From IMG/VR virus record IMGVR_UViG_3300025809_000009: DNA of 64,000 nt. The stretch is one strand, 5' to 3'. The translations under genes and the position numbers were made by a program. This document shows, in pieces, positions 47,238-57,877 of this stretch. How positions within the stretch are numbered: the first letter of the stretch is position 1; the number at the start of each line of letters is the position of its first letter. Origin of the DNA: an uncultured virus (IMG/VR IMGVR_UViG_3300025809_000009). Lineage: Duplodnaviria > Heunggongvirae > Uroviricota > Caudoviricetes. The notes beneath the pieces are model-generated. The model searched no databases, was not told the DNA's origin, and was given only the letters and a program-made list of their open reading frames with translations.

Positions 47238-49526
47238 TTATTTTTCTGCTGCGACGAATATTTTCAACTCACCTTGTTGAAGATCGCTTGAAGCAGAGCT
47301 TCTTATATATAAATCTCCAAAATAGTATTTATTTACAAGACCAACAAGAATAACGTCTGAATTATTGTCTATTATCTCGTCTGTAAATCCATCGATCAAC
47401 GAAACATTTACGTCCGAGTTATTTATTCCATAAAACTCAATATCAATATAGCCTTCCTCTCCTGCCTCGATTGTGGTCTTTTGATTATTGATAAAGAAAT
47501 TCTCAATCGCAAATTTACCGCACTCCCTGTATGCAGTATTAAACGGCTCATTTACTCCGGATTTTATTTGTCCTCTGTTGTTTTGAAAAAAAGTGTTTGG
47601 AACTGAATTAACTATTTCGGATCTGTAGTTACCAGGGGAACCCGTGACCACCGTAAACATCTGCCCGCCGTCACTAACGCCAGGTGTATAAGACTTGCTT
47701 AGTTTTATTGTTTTGCCGTTTAGACCAAAAGGAAAACCGGCAGACGGAAGGCTATATATGTAATCTTCTCTATCAAGGCCTTCGCCAACAAAAGGAACGT
47801 TTGCGCCTCCGCCCTGCCCTATAATAGAAAAAGTCCCAATGTCTCTCTCTATCGCTTCTGCACTAATTAACGTCAAGGGCTTATCTCCTATATTCATCAA
47901 TTTAACCCTGCCCTTTCCTTTTTCTCCGGGAATTATTTGTTCTCCTTGGTCCTTGATCGAAAACGACAACGGAGAGGTGAATATCAATTCTCCCTCTGCC
48001 AATTCTGGAGGAGTGTCTAAATTGGTAAAATCCTGCTCATCTATATTAAATGGAAACTGCTCGAATCGAGCAGATATGCTATGATTATTTTTGTAATTAT
48101 AAGTGTGGCTCCACTCCTGACACACAAAGTTTTGCTTTCTATTGTATGGGGCGGGAGGCGTAAAATTAAAAGGTTTGTACCCTAGTCTTTGCTCAAGGAA
48201 ATGAAGTATAGCGTAAGCTTCCTCATCATCTCTATTGTTGAACTGTAAGTCCAAATTTAAAAGGCTTTCATTTATGCCGTCGTTATAAATCTGAAGGTAT
48301 CCTCCTAGTTCTATTTCGTTCATTCTTGGCTTTTGATCAACGCTTAGTCCTAAAGATGGCTTCCAAAAGAAATCGCGAGTCCAGTAACCTGTATGTAAAT
48401 CTTTCTTGTAATCAAGCCTGCCATTAAAACCCGTAGTTATCTCAGAAGGAACTTTATTACTGGTACTTGAATCGCTGTGCCAATAATAGTATGAATGGTT
48501 TCCAGTATAAAAAGCTACATCATTTTTTTCGTAAACCATTGTCGGGTCAAACGTTTCTGCTTTCCTTATGAACAACTGCTCGGATTTCCTCAATGAAGAA
48601 GTATCCAAGTTTCTGAGCTTTAAACTTATATTATTGCTGTTCTCAAAACTTAAAGCATGATTAAATTCTGAGCAATAAAAAGTCTTAGCTTCATTTTCTG
48701 TCGATCGATAAGGATTAAACATCGCGTTTCCGTCCCATCGAAACCCTGATATTCCTTGTTTATATTTAAGATTAGGAGAGGAGGCGTCAACCTCTAATTG
48801 CCCCAAATGGTTTTCTACAAAATGTATTATAGAATTAGCTTCTTTATTTGTTCTGTTGTCGAATTTTAAATTAACCTCAAACGTTAATGCATTTATGCCT
48901 TTTGGCTGCAGAATATAATAACCATTACCATACTCATGCTTTATATTATTTGCCTTAAAATTAACTGTTGATCCATAATCTGCGTCGTAAAAAAACTTAT
49001 CGCTTGTCCACAAATCTGGATTAGATTCAGGATACGCATTGATTGTTGAGATTGTTAGAACATTAGCAGACGAAGGTTCGTAATTTTCTATAAAACTAGT
49101 CTCAGATGTCCCTTTTATTTTTATTGCTGCACCAGTTAAACCTTGAACGGTGGTGCTTGTATAATTTTTTTCTATATTTAATATAGAATAAGTTCCATCG
49201 CTAGACCCAGTAGACCCAGCTATATTTATTATATTTCCAGGGCTAAATGTTGCGTTTAGATCGTCGGGCCTATTAAACTCATCAATAATATAATGAGAAT
49301 TAGCTGCCACCTCGTGAGGAAGCAATGTAAATCTTTGATCGTCTGAGACAGAGACTCCGCCGCCAAAAACCATATTTTGCTTTGCGTAATAATACAATCC
49401 ATCACCCGTAGCATAAACAAAATCAAATTGTTCGTAATTTTGCCCTGTTTGAAAAACCCCGCTATAATTAACAAGGTTTCCCATTCTTCCTTCAGAAGCG
49501 TCCGAGGCTGGAGCGGAGATTGTCAT
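47238..49526 (-). CDS. Distal tail protein with two tandem gpM-like domains, CBM-like inserts and C-terminal Ig-like domain
   Basis: FFWKPS...GYLQ...DGIN...LQFNNR...AILHFLE...GYKPFNFTPP...FVCQEW...ISARFEQ plus an upstream diverged copy; KLMNIGDKPLTL. Confidence 0.8.
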   Translation of the reverse strand: MTISAPASDASEGRMGNLVNYSGVFQTGQNYEQFDFVYATGDGLYYYAKQNMVFGGGVSVSDDQRFTLLPHEVAANSHYIIDEFNRPDDLNATFSPGNIINIAGSTGSSDGTYSILNIEKNYTSTTVQGLTGAAIKIKGTSETSFIENYEPSSANVLTISTINAYPESNPDLWTSDKFFYDADYGSTVNFKANNIKHEYGNGYYILQPKGINALTFEVNLKFDNRTNKEANSIIHFVENHLGQLEVDASSPNLKYKQGISGFRWDGNAMFNPYRSTENEAKTFYCSEFNHALSFENSNNISLKLRNLDTSSLRKSEQLFIRKAETFDPTMVYEKNDVAFYTGNHSYYYWHSDSSTSNKVPSEITTGFNGRLDYKKDLHTGYWTRDFFWKPSLGLSVDQKPRMNEIELGGYLQIYNDGINESLLNLDLQFNNRDDEEAYAILHFLEQRLGYKPFNFTPPAPYNRKQNFVCQEWSHTYNYKNNHSISARFEQFPFNIDEQDFTNLDTPPELAEGELIFTSPLSFSIKDQGEQIIPGEKGKGRVKLMNIGDKPLTLISAEAIERDIGTFSIIGQGGGANVPFVGEGLDREDYIYSLPSAGFPFGLNGKTIKLSKSYTPGVSDGGQMFTVVTGSPGNYRSEIVNSVPNTFFQNNRGQIKSGVNEPFNTAYRECGKFAIENFFINNQKTTIEAGEEGYIDIEFYGINNSDVNVSLIDGFTDEIIDNNSDVILVGLVNKYYFGDLYIRSSASSDLQQGELKIFVAAEK

Positions 49527-49528
49527 GA

Positions 49529-50446
49529 TTATTTAATTATCTGCTTTACAGACACTGAGCCCATCGCATGCGAGCCCTCTGATATTGAAATTGACTGACT
49601 GTGTATCCTTCCAGAACAAGAGAAATTAGCGATCTTTTCTCCCTGCAAGCTGTACAAAAAAGCCTGTATAGTAGAGTCGCTTAAGCCTTCGGGAGTTGTT
49701 CCTGATTGATAATTTCCGTCTGGATTTAAATTTCTTATCATATCGTTTGATTCTATATTCATCTCGGCTTCAATATTTTCAATTGATACGCGAGTAGGAA
49801 CCACTCCATTCGCGGTTGTATTAATAGAGGTATGTTCGCCGTCTTTTATATGATTATGTACCTTCCTTCCCACTATTATATTATAATTTAATTTAGATAC
49901 CTCAAATTGTTTTTTATTTGCGGTGTCCATATTTGTATTGCTTGCTTTTATTTCTCCAAATGATTTAAGTCCGTGAGCAGGATCAATATTTAATTCTTGA
50001 AACCTTCTATCTACTGTTTTTAATATTGTACCATATATATCATAACTTGCATTAGCTTGTATAACCTGAAAAGGAGCTATACTAAAACTAAAATTAGTTA
50101 AATACATATTATCAAATAAATAACGACCAACTATATTTCCATCAATAGGATTTTCACTCATACCATCTTTTATTTCAAACAATCTATCAATAGAATTAAT
50201 AATATTATTTTGTTTAAAAAATTCAGCAGTAATTACAAAAGAAATATCAAGCTTGCCGCGAAGACCTGCGGTAGCTGCAAAATTAACAAACTCGGTTTTC
50301 GCTCCGACTATCGAGAGATCAAGGTCTCCGTATACTCTTTCTGGTTCTAGAGTTGGGGTTATTGATAAATTAGCAGACTGAACCATTAGGTCCTTGCCTC
50401 CCAAAGAAATCTTACCATCTTCAAATCTTAAAAAAGGCTTGCTCAT
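49529..50446 (-). CDS. Tail-tube-fold protein (tube initiator/tip-proximal ring)
   Basis: VQSANLSITPTLEPERVYG...NMYLTNFSFSIAP and a second similar half; located between tape measure and M-like genes. Confidence 0.5.
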   Translation of the reverse strand: MSKPFLRFEDGKISLGGKDLMVQSANLSITPTLEPERVYGDLDLSIVGAKTEFVNFAATAGLRGKLDISFVITAEFFKQNNIINSIDRLFEIKDGMSENPIDGNIVGRYLFDNMYLTNFSFSIAPFQVIQANASYDIYGTILKTVDRRFQELNIDPAHGLKSFGEIKASNTNMDTANKKQFEVSKLNYNIIVGRKVHNHIKDGEHTSINTTANGVVPTRVSIENIEAEMNIESNDMIRNLNPDGNYQSGTTPEGLSDSTIQAFLYSLQGEKIANFSCSGRIHSQSISISEGSHAMGSVSVKQIIK

Positions 50447-51324
50447 ATTACTGGATTATGAAGGGTCTCATATGATTTATAAGTTAAAGATATACTCATT
50501 TCTCCTTCGACCGAGGATGTTATAGATTCGCTTATTAATCTAGCCTTAACGCCAGTAAAAGCATTAATAACTTCTTTTGTTTTAGAATCTTTTATTTGAA
50601 TAACGACATCGCTTTCTGGAGCCGCTCTGAGACGATCTTTGGTTTGTCTTACTTCGTATTCATTTACAATCATTGTAAAATTAATATCCGTTTCGATTGG
50701 ATAAATTGTATCGATTTGTATTGGATCATGATTTTCGTAAGTGGTTTTGCTGTCGGCATACCATTCGGCTTCGGTGCCTTTTGGAATTGCATACATTGGT
50801 TGCAAATTTAAAGCTCGACTAAAGCTGAAATCTGTTACTGCGTCTGTTGAAAAATCGCTTACGTTTATTGAAATACTGGCCTGGTCAGTAAATTGTATAG
50901 GTGGATGAGGCTTGGTAGCTTCTTGAATTAATATTCCGCTTCCTAGATCCCCAAATACAGTGATATCAGTTTCAATATCAGGAAGATCGCCCACTGTACA
51001 GTTGACTGAATAACGAGTAATTCTTCCTTTTGTAAACCCAAAACCTTTCGTGTTATTGTCGTATAAGATTGATCCACTTATTTCATTTTCGTCGTAAGCG
51101 TACTGCCCGACTACATTCAGATCCAGTATAGGATCCCTGCTCACCATTTTTCTTGAAATCGAAAAATTACCTTCCAGCGGAGCGTTAACGAAAGCATCTA
51201 TAAATCCTACACCAGCAACCTTGATTGGCTTTTCTGTTATTCCGTAACTTCCATTAACATTTACTACTCCAGAAAGAGCGGTATTGTTTACAACTATAGT
51301 TTGTTCATAATTTGAGAAAGTCAT
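50443..51324 (-). CDS. Tail-tube-fold protein (tube initiator/tip-proximal ring)
   Basis: KGRITRYSVNCTVGDLP and ARLISESITSSVEG match NGYVSNYSIEASVGSMP and ALLEGESFSSSIG of the major tube protein. Confidence 0.6.
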   Translation of the reverse strand: MTFSNYEQTIVVNNTALSGVVNVNGSYGITEKPIKVAGVGFIDAFVNAPLEGNFSISRKMVSRDPILDLNVVGQYAYDENEISGSILYDNNTKGFGFTKGRITRYSVNCTVGDLPDIETDITVFGDLGSGILIQEATKPHPPIQFTDQASISINVSDFSTDAVTDFSFSRALNLQPMYAIPKGTEAEWYADSKTTYENHDPIQIDTIYPIETDINFTMIVNEYEVRQTKDRLRAAPESDVVIQIKDSKTKEVINAFTGVKARLISESITSSVEGEMSISLTYKSYETLHNPVI

Positions 51325-51326
51325 GA

Positions 51327-54300
51327 TCAGTCACTCAACAAGCCTCCTGGTCGCTGCTCGTCCATTATCACAGAAATAACTTGTTGTTTTACTTTTTCCG
51401 CCAACTGCGTGCTTTTTTCTTGATCTTCTGACGAGTCTTTTGGATTGGCTCCTGCTTTATCATCCTTTTTCTCTGATTTCCCACTTCCCTTGTCCATATT
51501 AACCGTTATATTAATATTATTTGTATTTCCGCCAGAAGTTCCAGTTTCTGAGTTTTCTGTTAAGGGGGTCACTGCTCCACCATCATTAAATTTTCCTGCA
51601 TTTATTCGGTCGAGCATTGGCTTGCCAAGTTGTCGAGCGCTACTTGCTCGAATTACATATTCTCCTTCGCTGAGCATTGCGGGAATTTGATCGATGCCAG
51701 ACTTGCCAGCTATGTGGCCGCCGTTGGCATAACCATTTATTTTTCCTCCTCTATAAACAGCTCTTGACTCCTGGATAGACGTTGGGCTAAAAGGGCTGTA
51801 ATTGTCTTTAACGATTGAGCCAAAATCAAAGTCGTTTTCAAAGGGTTGATTTATGCTCATCGCCTCAGTTCTTGACATGCCGGTTTCTAGCATTGTTTGA
51901 TTTACTGCGGCTGAGTCTATGCCAGAAGATTTGCCCCAAGAATCAAGCATTGATTTTTCTCCTAGTGCTCCAGATTCAGCAAGGCCCTCAAGGCCAGAGG
52001 AAACCATACTTCCAATTCCAACACTCAGAGCGGTACCTACGAGCATTTGCATTAAAGCTCTTTTTTTGGCTTTTTTCTCAGCCTCTTTTCTCATTCTTTC
52101 TTGAATGATTCCTTTTGTATATTGAGTATCCTCTTGAAGTCCTAGGTTTCCAGATTGTCCGCTATAGAAAAACCCAGACATTGCTTGAGATTGATATCTT
52201 CTTCCTGTGTTGTAACCTTCTCCTCCTCCAAAGTTTGCAGCAAGAGCGGATCCTGGCTGAGGCTCGTCTGGCTTACCTCCAGTTGAATAACCTGGAAGTT
52301 TTCCGCCTGCGTTTAATCTATGCATAAATCCGCCACCGTATTTCTTCACAGCGTCGCCACCCATTACATATTCGCCATTAGTTACCATTGCAGGAACTCC
52401 GCCTCCTTTAGAATATTTTCTTACTCCTCCTCCGCTAGAAAACGGTAAAGCTCCAACGATTGCATCGGCGGCTTTGCCAAGGTATGCTTGTTGAATTGCT
52501 CCAAGAAAATTCATTGCAATATTATTCATAACATCGCTCAAGTCATCGGCTTTATTTATTGCTGCTTGCATACCGTCAACAAGGCCGTTTCTAAATTGAT
52601 TTGTTAATTCACCACCAAGTCTAAACTCCATCGTTTCAGCTTGCTCGACAATTCTTTTTTGAGCGTCCCTAGCTCCATTACGCATTGCGCCAGGTCCGGT
52701 TTCGTATTCCCTCTTAAGTTTTAATCTTTCCTTCTCTTTCTCTAAGAGTTCTTGGGCGCTTGATATTTCTGTTTTTGTCTCTGCGTTTATGTTTTTTATT
52801 TTTTGTTCGATTTCGTCTAGGTTCTTTTTTCTTTCTTCTTGCGAATTTAAAAGCGCATCATACTCTTCCCAATCAGCCTCGCTTTTTAGTGTTATTTGGC
52901 CAGTCACCATACCCTCAAGCCTTTTTTCCTTAAGTTCGTCCCGTTTCTTTTTTGTATCCAGTCCGGCGAGTTTGTCTTTTTGATTTTCTTCGAGGGTTGT
53001 GATTTTAGATTCTAATTTAAATCTTTTCTCGGACATTGCAAAACTTTCTCTTTCTCTACCGGTTTGATATCCTGGGCCTACAGCATTCAACCTTCTTGCT
53101 GCGGCAACTTGTTCGGTAAAACCTCGGATTTTCTGGGAAGACTGAAGGCCTTCTGAAGACATGCGGTTTTTTCTTTCTAAATCTTTTATAATTTTATTTT
53201 CTGTCGCAACATAAAGATCTTGGCCCAATACTCTCTTAGCCGAACCTGCTTGTGATATTTTACTTTGTCTTGCTAGAGTTTCGTCAGACCGCTTTTTGTA
53301 CACAAGAGATTCTATAGCTGCGAGATCTTGAGGGGAAACTCCATCTATCTCTTTTAATTTACCCACAAGCTCTTGTCCGCTCATTTTAGAGTAAGGTTTT
53401 GTAACATCTATTCTTGATATTCTGTTTTTTTCGCTAGCCTTGATGCCCATCTTCTTAGCTAAGTCACTCCTGACCGAGCTCTGCATACTAGGAGATCGTT
53501 TCACTAAAGTCATTAAGCCCTCCTTAAGACTAGAGTCTGCACCCCGAAGAGAAGAATCTAATTTTTCAGCGGCAGAATTCAGGGCTTTTTTGTATTTTAT
53601 TTGCGCTTTCTGTTGTTCGGTTATCGCGCCACCCATCACTTTTTCTTGAAAATCTAAATTTTCAGAAATTTGCCGATACTTATCTTTTATTCTTAATTGA
53701 GCCAATGCGGATTCTTGCTGTGAAACTAACATCGCTTTCTGATGGTTTAACTTAACAATCAAACCGCGAACTTCCTCTTTTCTTAAATCAGCAGATTCAT
53801 TTTCAGCTTTTCTTTCCCCAGCCATAAAAGACTCAAACATGACTTTTTTTCTTGATACATCAGCTTTCTCTAATTCTTTGGCATACTCTTTTCCCGTCCC
53901 TTTAAATTCGCTGCCTGCCTCAGCTCCTTTTGCAGAAAAAGTATAATCGGAAGGTAATGCGCGCAAGGCGTCTGAGAGTTTAGAATCCAGATTAGTATTC
54001 ATAATTTCATTCATGACTTTAACTTTTCCTTGAGCTTCGGGATCTTTTTCTTTTTTGTAAATCGTTGAACTTGTTAAAGGATCAAAGCCTTTTGCGACGT
54101 TTATGGTTTTTGAATTTTCTTTTTTTATTTCCTGATTAAGTCTATTGTAGCCCTCTCTAAAATCTTTTAAATGTTTCTTAGCTTCTGGGAAATCTGAGAA
54201 AAGAGAAACTAAAGAGGACCCCATGCTTTTTGAATAGTCTAAATCGTCTTTCGCTTTTTTAATTGCGGCCTCTTCAGCCTTGCCTAACCCATCAACTAAT

Positions 54301-57300
54301 CCGTATAAACCTCCAACAGTAGCTCCTATAGCTGTGCCCAGCGGACCAAACATCATTCCCATTGCTGCTCCGCTACCAGCCCCTTGTAGAAAACCTCCGG
54401 TGGCTGCGCCAGCCGTACCCCCAATTGCGTCTTGCGCAAAACCTGCAGCCATAGGCAAGCCCATCATCAAACCCATTTGCCCACCAGTGCTACCAATCAT
54501 TCTTCCCGCCCTCGTTCCAGCAAACCTTGAGCTTGCGTTTTGTAGCCCAACGCTTCTCGCGGCTCTTTGCGTAGCTGCTTTTAATTTTTCTGTGGTCCCA
54601 ATTAATTGATTTGTTTTTTTGGCTACTCTGTCTTGAGCGCTAGAACTTACGTTGTATTTGTTCCCAAGTTTTTGCATCATCTCTTGCATTTTCTTATGAG
54701 GAACCCTGCCCGTTTCAAATCTTTTTATAACACCGGCAATAGCTTTGTTATACTTTTTAGCGTTGCTCTCCGTTTGGGATTGCGCACCACTACCTCTATA
54801 ACCAACCACGTCAGAACTTGTAATTTCTGGTGCATAATTCGGCACGTATCCATTTGCAGCGCCAAATACATCTTTCAATCCATTTGGTTCGTCGTCTGTA
54901 TTGGTTACGCCCAGACCGATTGGATTACTTTTATTCATTAGTGCTGAATGAGAGCCAATTCTTATTTTCGAAACAGGAACGCCAGCTTCTTTTTCTCTAC
55001 CTATTGCATCAGATAATGGGTTGGCGAAGTTGGGGATGTATCCGTGAGATTTTAATTGACTATTTAAACCTACCCTAGAAAATTTGCCGCTTTGTAAAGA
55101 CTTAAACCCTGCCTTGCGAAGAAGAGTTGTTTGTTCTTCGTTGCTACTACTCCATGGTTTGTCGCCAACAAAAAGGCGGCCATCTTTTCTAGACAATATA
55201 CCTTTATTTAGATCAGATGTTTTGCTTAAGTTAGGAGCGCCAGCTTTACCAAACCTAACATCATATATTTTTCTAGCGAATGATTTAGCATTTTTTATGT
55301 TTGTGTTTATTTTAGCTTCAGCACCTTTCCTACCTTTGCTACCAGGAACCCCAAACAATTTATATAATTCTTTATTTCTTGGCAAATCAATTCTTGCACC
55401 TTGATCTTCTGTGATTTTATCGGTCTCTCCCACACCGCGTATAATGCTTTTTGCCACAGCCTCAAAGATATGGCCCGAAACAACAGCCATTTTACTTTTT
55501 GGTAAATCACTGTTCATATTTGATTTATCCATAGAAAAAGTATCACCTAGGGATAAACTATTTAAAATTTGATTAGTAACCTCAAATCCCTTATTTTGAA
55601 GTTTTTCATTTATTTGGTCTTCGAATCTTTTTGAGCCTCTTTTTTTATCTGATTCATCTAAGGTGTAAAAATCAAAAGCGACTTTAGCGCCCTTACCTTG
55701 ATTGGGATTCGCGGTCTTTTTTCCTTTAGCGGGAGCATGAATATCTGTAAATCCTTTTGGTGGAGATCCGTCAGACCTAGCTTGGTAAACTCCACTATCT
55801 GCAACACCAGGAACAACATAATAATAGTTACCAATTTGATCTGAACCTCTAGATGCGGCGAGACCAACATAATTAGAAGAATTTTGATTAATACCATATT
55901 GAACTCTTCCCTGTTTAGCTGTAAACTTAGAAGTTCTCGGTTTAATTTTCTTAAAATTAGGTATATATCCTCCCGCAGCATATGGATCAAATCCATGTAT
56001 ACTACCAAATGCTTGTTGATAATTCTCTCCAGCCTTACTTGACTTTGGAGGCATGATCGCAGGTTGACTCATCCCCTTAAAATTCTTTACTTTTTCTGCG
56101 CTGTTATATATTACCGAGCCTTCGCCAGGCATATTCATACTTCGAATACTTCCAGCAGCATATCCACCTCGCGCAGCTTGCTCGCGTTCTGGATCTGCAA
56201 AATTTGGAATGTGTCCGCCCGCTCTTCCCTTTCGAGGAGCAAGGCTTGCATTGTACCCTTTCGTGTATAAACTAGCGGCAACACTTTTTGATACAGAGTT
56301 CAACATGTTAGCTTCAACAACTTGAGCCTTCAAGAGTCCAAGGATTATTTTTTCCTTTTCCGTTCTTGAAATATCGGTTCGCAACATTTCCTTGCTTATC
56401 GCTGCGTTTTGCCCAAATAAAGTAACAAGAGAAGTTTGTATTGCTTTTTGTTTATGAGCTTCGCTTGTTACCCCAATTAAAGATTGCAGACTTTGATTCG
56501 CATAAACCAAAGCTTTAGCAAATAACTTTATAAATACTGCGGAAATAACGACCAACCCTGGACCAGTTATGATATTACCCAAGCCCTTTAAAAAACCTTG
56601 AGCGAAATCGCTACCAGTGGATTCTCCACCGCCAAGCATTTCATTTGCTCCTTCAGCCAGTCCCTTGAAAACATTCAAAACCTTTTCCATTCCTGGAGCA
56701 AGCATGATTTCTCCAATCTGTGCGCTTAATTCTTTTAAAGCTATTCCGGTTTCTGTGGCCATTGCAGACATGGTCTGCCTTAATTGATCGTTTTTGTCTA
56801 TAGCTTCTGTGGTGGCCCCTGCAGAGATTTGAGTAGCGTTTGCAAGTATACCGTTTTGCTTTGCAGCGTCACTCAGTACAGCTTTTAATATATTGATTTG
56901 AAAAACTCCACCAACCGTCTGAGCTATTTGTGCTTTTTGGGATTCCGTAAGATGATCAAAAGTGTTAGCGAGATCGGTTAAAATTCTTCTTGCGCCAATC
57001 GTATTGCCTTCCAAATCTCTTACAGCGATACCCAGATTTTCCAATTGATTTAAAGTGTCTGTTCTTCCTATTCTTGTGAAAATTGTTTTAAATGAGTTTC
57101 CGATTACTTTACCACCTCGAGCAGTTTTTTGTTGTGCTGCAGTAACCAGACCTACCAACTCATCAATATCCACTCCAGCACTTTTCGCAGCCTGACCCGT
57201 TCGAGATATCGCATCAGCAAAATCTTCTGCACTAACAGCAAATTTTACATCAACCGCAGCGAATTTACTTACAAGTTGAGTAGTGTCTTTTATTTGATCT

Positions 57301-57839
57301 CCATAAGTATTCATGGCCGCAGTCAAAGCTTTTACTGCGTTTGCAGAATCCATTCCAGTTAATCGAGTCAAAATAAGAGCGTCTCGAGTTCTTTTTAAAG
57401 ACTCCTCCATCGTCAAGCCTTGACGAGCATACTCGGTAGCCGCTTCAGCGGCAACGTTAAAAGCTGCTCCGGTTTCCTTGGCGGTTTTAAATAAGCCGTT
57501 TGAGAATTTTTCTAAATTCGCTGTAGATAAATTCATAACTACATTGATATCAGCAAGAGCTTTTTCGACTTCAACAACATTTTTAACTAAAGCTTTAAAG
57601 CCGTCAGCTACTCCATTGATTATCGCCATACTCGCGCCAAACGCAATGATACGAGCGTTAGCAGCTTCCATAGATTTGCTAAACTCGTCAGCTCCACGCT
57701 TCATATTCCCAAGCGGCTGGGTAGCTCCCTTGTCATCCACCGTTATTTTGATCGGTGTTTTGCGAATACGGTTTACAGCCGCTTGAACAGCCGCTTCAAG
57801 CGGCTGTGTATTACCTTGTACGTTGAGATTTATAGACAT
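51327..57839 (-). CDS. Tail tape measure protein (TP901-type core) with inserted domains
   Basis: AATEYARQG...DELVGLVTAAQQKTARGGKVIGNSFKTIFTRI core, Gly/Ala-rich hydrophobic segments, coiled coils, D.IPAMLSEGEYVI motif and terminal EQRPGGLL. Confidence 0.93.
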   Translation of the reverse strand: MSINLNVQGNTQPLEAAVQAAVNRIRKTPIKITVDDKGATQPLGNMKRGADEFSKSMEAANARIIAFGASMAIINGVADGFKALVKNVVEVEKALADINVVMNLSTANLEKFSNGLFKTAKETGAAFNVAAEAATEYARQGLTMEESLKRTRDALILTRLTGMDSANAVKALTAAMNTYGDQIKDTTQLVSKFAAVDVKFAVSAEDFADAISRTGQAAKSAGVDIDELVGLVTAAQQKTARGGKVIGNSFKTIFTRIGRTDTLNQLENLGIAVRDLEGNTIGARRILTDLANTFDHLTESQKAQIAQTVGGVFQINILKAVLSDAAKQNGILANATQISAGATTEAIDKNDQLRQTMSAMATETGIALKELSAQIGEIMLAPGMEKVLNVFKGLAEGANEMLGGGESTGSDFAQGFLKGLGNIITGPGLVVISAVFIKLFAKALVYANQSLQSLIGVTSEAHKQKAIQTSLVTLFGQNAAISKEMLRTDISRTEKEKIILGLLKAQVVEANMLNSVSKSVAASLYTKGYNASLAPRKGRAGGHIPNFADPEREQAARGGYAAGSIRSMNMPGEGSVIYNSAEKVKNFKGMSQPAIMPPKSSKAGENYQQAFGSIHGFDPYAAGGYIPNFKKIKPRTSKFTAKQGRVQYGINQNSSNYVGLAASRGSDQIGNYYYVVPGVADSGVYQARSDGSPPKGFTDIHAPAKGKKTANPNQGKGAKVAFDFYTLDESDKKRGSKRFEDQINEKLQNKGFEVTNQILNSLSLGDTFSMDKSNMNSDLPKSKMAVVSGHIFEAVAKSIIRGVGETDKITEDQGARIDLPRNKELYKLFGVPGSKGRKGAEAKINTNIKNAKSFARKIYDVRFGKAGAPNLSKTSDLNKGILSRKDGRLFVGDKPWSSSNEEQTTLLRKAGFKSLQSGKFSRVGLNSQLKSHGYIPNFANPLSDAIGREKEAGVPVSKIRIGSHSALMNKSNPIGLGVTNTDDEPNGLKDVFGAANGYVPNYAPEITSSDVVGYRGSGAQSQTESNAKKYNKAIAGVIKRFETGRVPHKKMQEMMQKLGNKYNVSSSAQDRVAKKTNQLIGTTEKLKAATQRAARSVGLQNASSRFAGTRAGRMIGSTGGQMGLMMGLPMAAGFAQDAIGGTAGAATGGFLQGAGSGAAMGMMFGPLGTAIGATVGGLYGLVDGLGKAEEAAIKKAKDDLDYSKSMGSSLVSLFSDFPEAKKHLKDFREGYNRLNQEIKKENSKTINVAKGFDPLTSSTIYKKEKDPEAQGKVKVMNEIMNTNLDSKLSDALRALPSDYTFSAKGAEAGSEFKGTGKEYAKELEKADVSRKKVMFESFMAGERKAENESADLRKEEVRGLIVKLNHQKAMLVSQQESALAQLRIKDKYRQISENLDFQEKVMGGAITEQQKAQIKYKKALNSAAEKLDSSLRGADSSLKEGLMTLVKRSPSMQSSVRSDLAKKMGIKASEKNRISRIDVTKPYSKMSGQELVGKLKEIDGVSPQDLAAIESLVYKKRSDETLARQSKISQAGSAKRVLGQDLYVATENKIIKDLERKNRMSSEGLQSSQKIRGFTEQVAAARRLNAVGPGYQTGRERESFAMSEKRFKLESKITTLEENQKDKLAGLDTKKKRDELKEKRLEGMVTGQITLKSEADWEEYDALLNSQEERKKNLDEIEQKIKNINAETKTEISSAQELLEKEKERLKLKREYETGPGAMRNGARDAQKRIVEQAETMEFRLGGELTNQFRNGLVDGMQAAINKADDLSDVMNNIAMNFLGAIQQAYLGKAADAIVGALPFSSGGGVRKYSKGGGVPAMVTNGEYVMGGDAVKKYGGGFMHRLNAGGKLPGYSTGGKPDEPQPGSALAANFGGGEGYNTGRRYQSQAMSGFFYSGQSGNLGLQEDTQYTKGIIQERMRKEAEKKAKKRALMQMLVGTALSVGIGSMVSSGLEGLAESGALGEKSMLDSWGKSSGIDSAAVNQTMLETGMSRTEAMSINQPFENDFDFGSIVKDNYSPFSPTSIQESRAVYRGGKINGYANGGHIAGKSGIDQIPAMLSEGEYVIRASSARQLGKPMLDRINAGKFNDGGAVTPLTENSETGTSGGNTNNINITVNMDKGSGKSEKKDDKAGANPKDSSEDQEKSTQLAEKVKQQVISVIMDEQRPGGLLSD

Positions 57840-57841
57840 AT

Positions 57842-57872
57842 TACCTTATTCCGTTATAAGGTATTAATACAC
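57842..57872 (-). promoter_or_regulatory. Late motif GTGTATTA followed by an 8-bp hairpin covering the TAAGG ribosome-binding site of the tape measure gene
   Basis: Motif at 57865-57872; TACCTTAT-N6-ATAAGGTA at 57842-57863, ending 2 nt before the ATG. Confidence 0.6.
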
Positions 57873-57877
57873 CAAAA

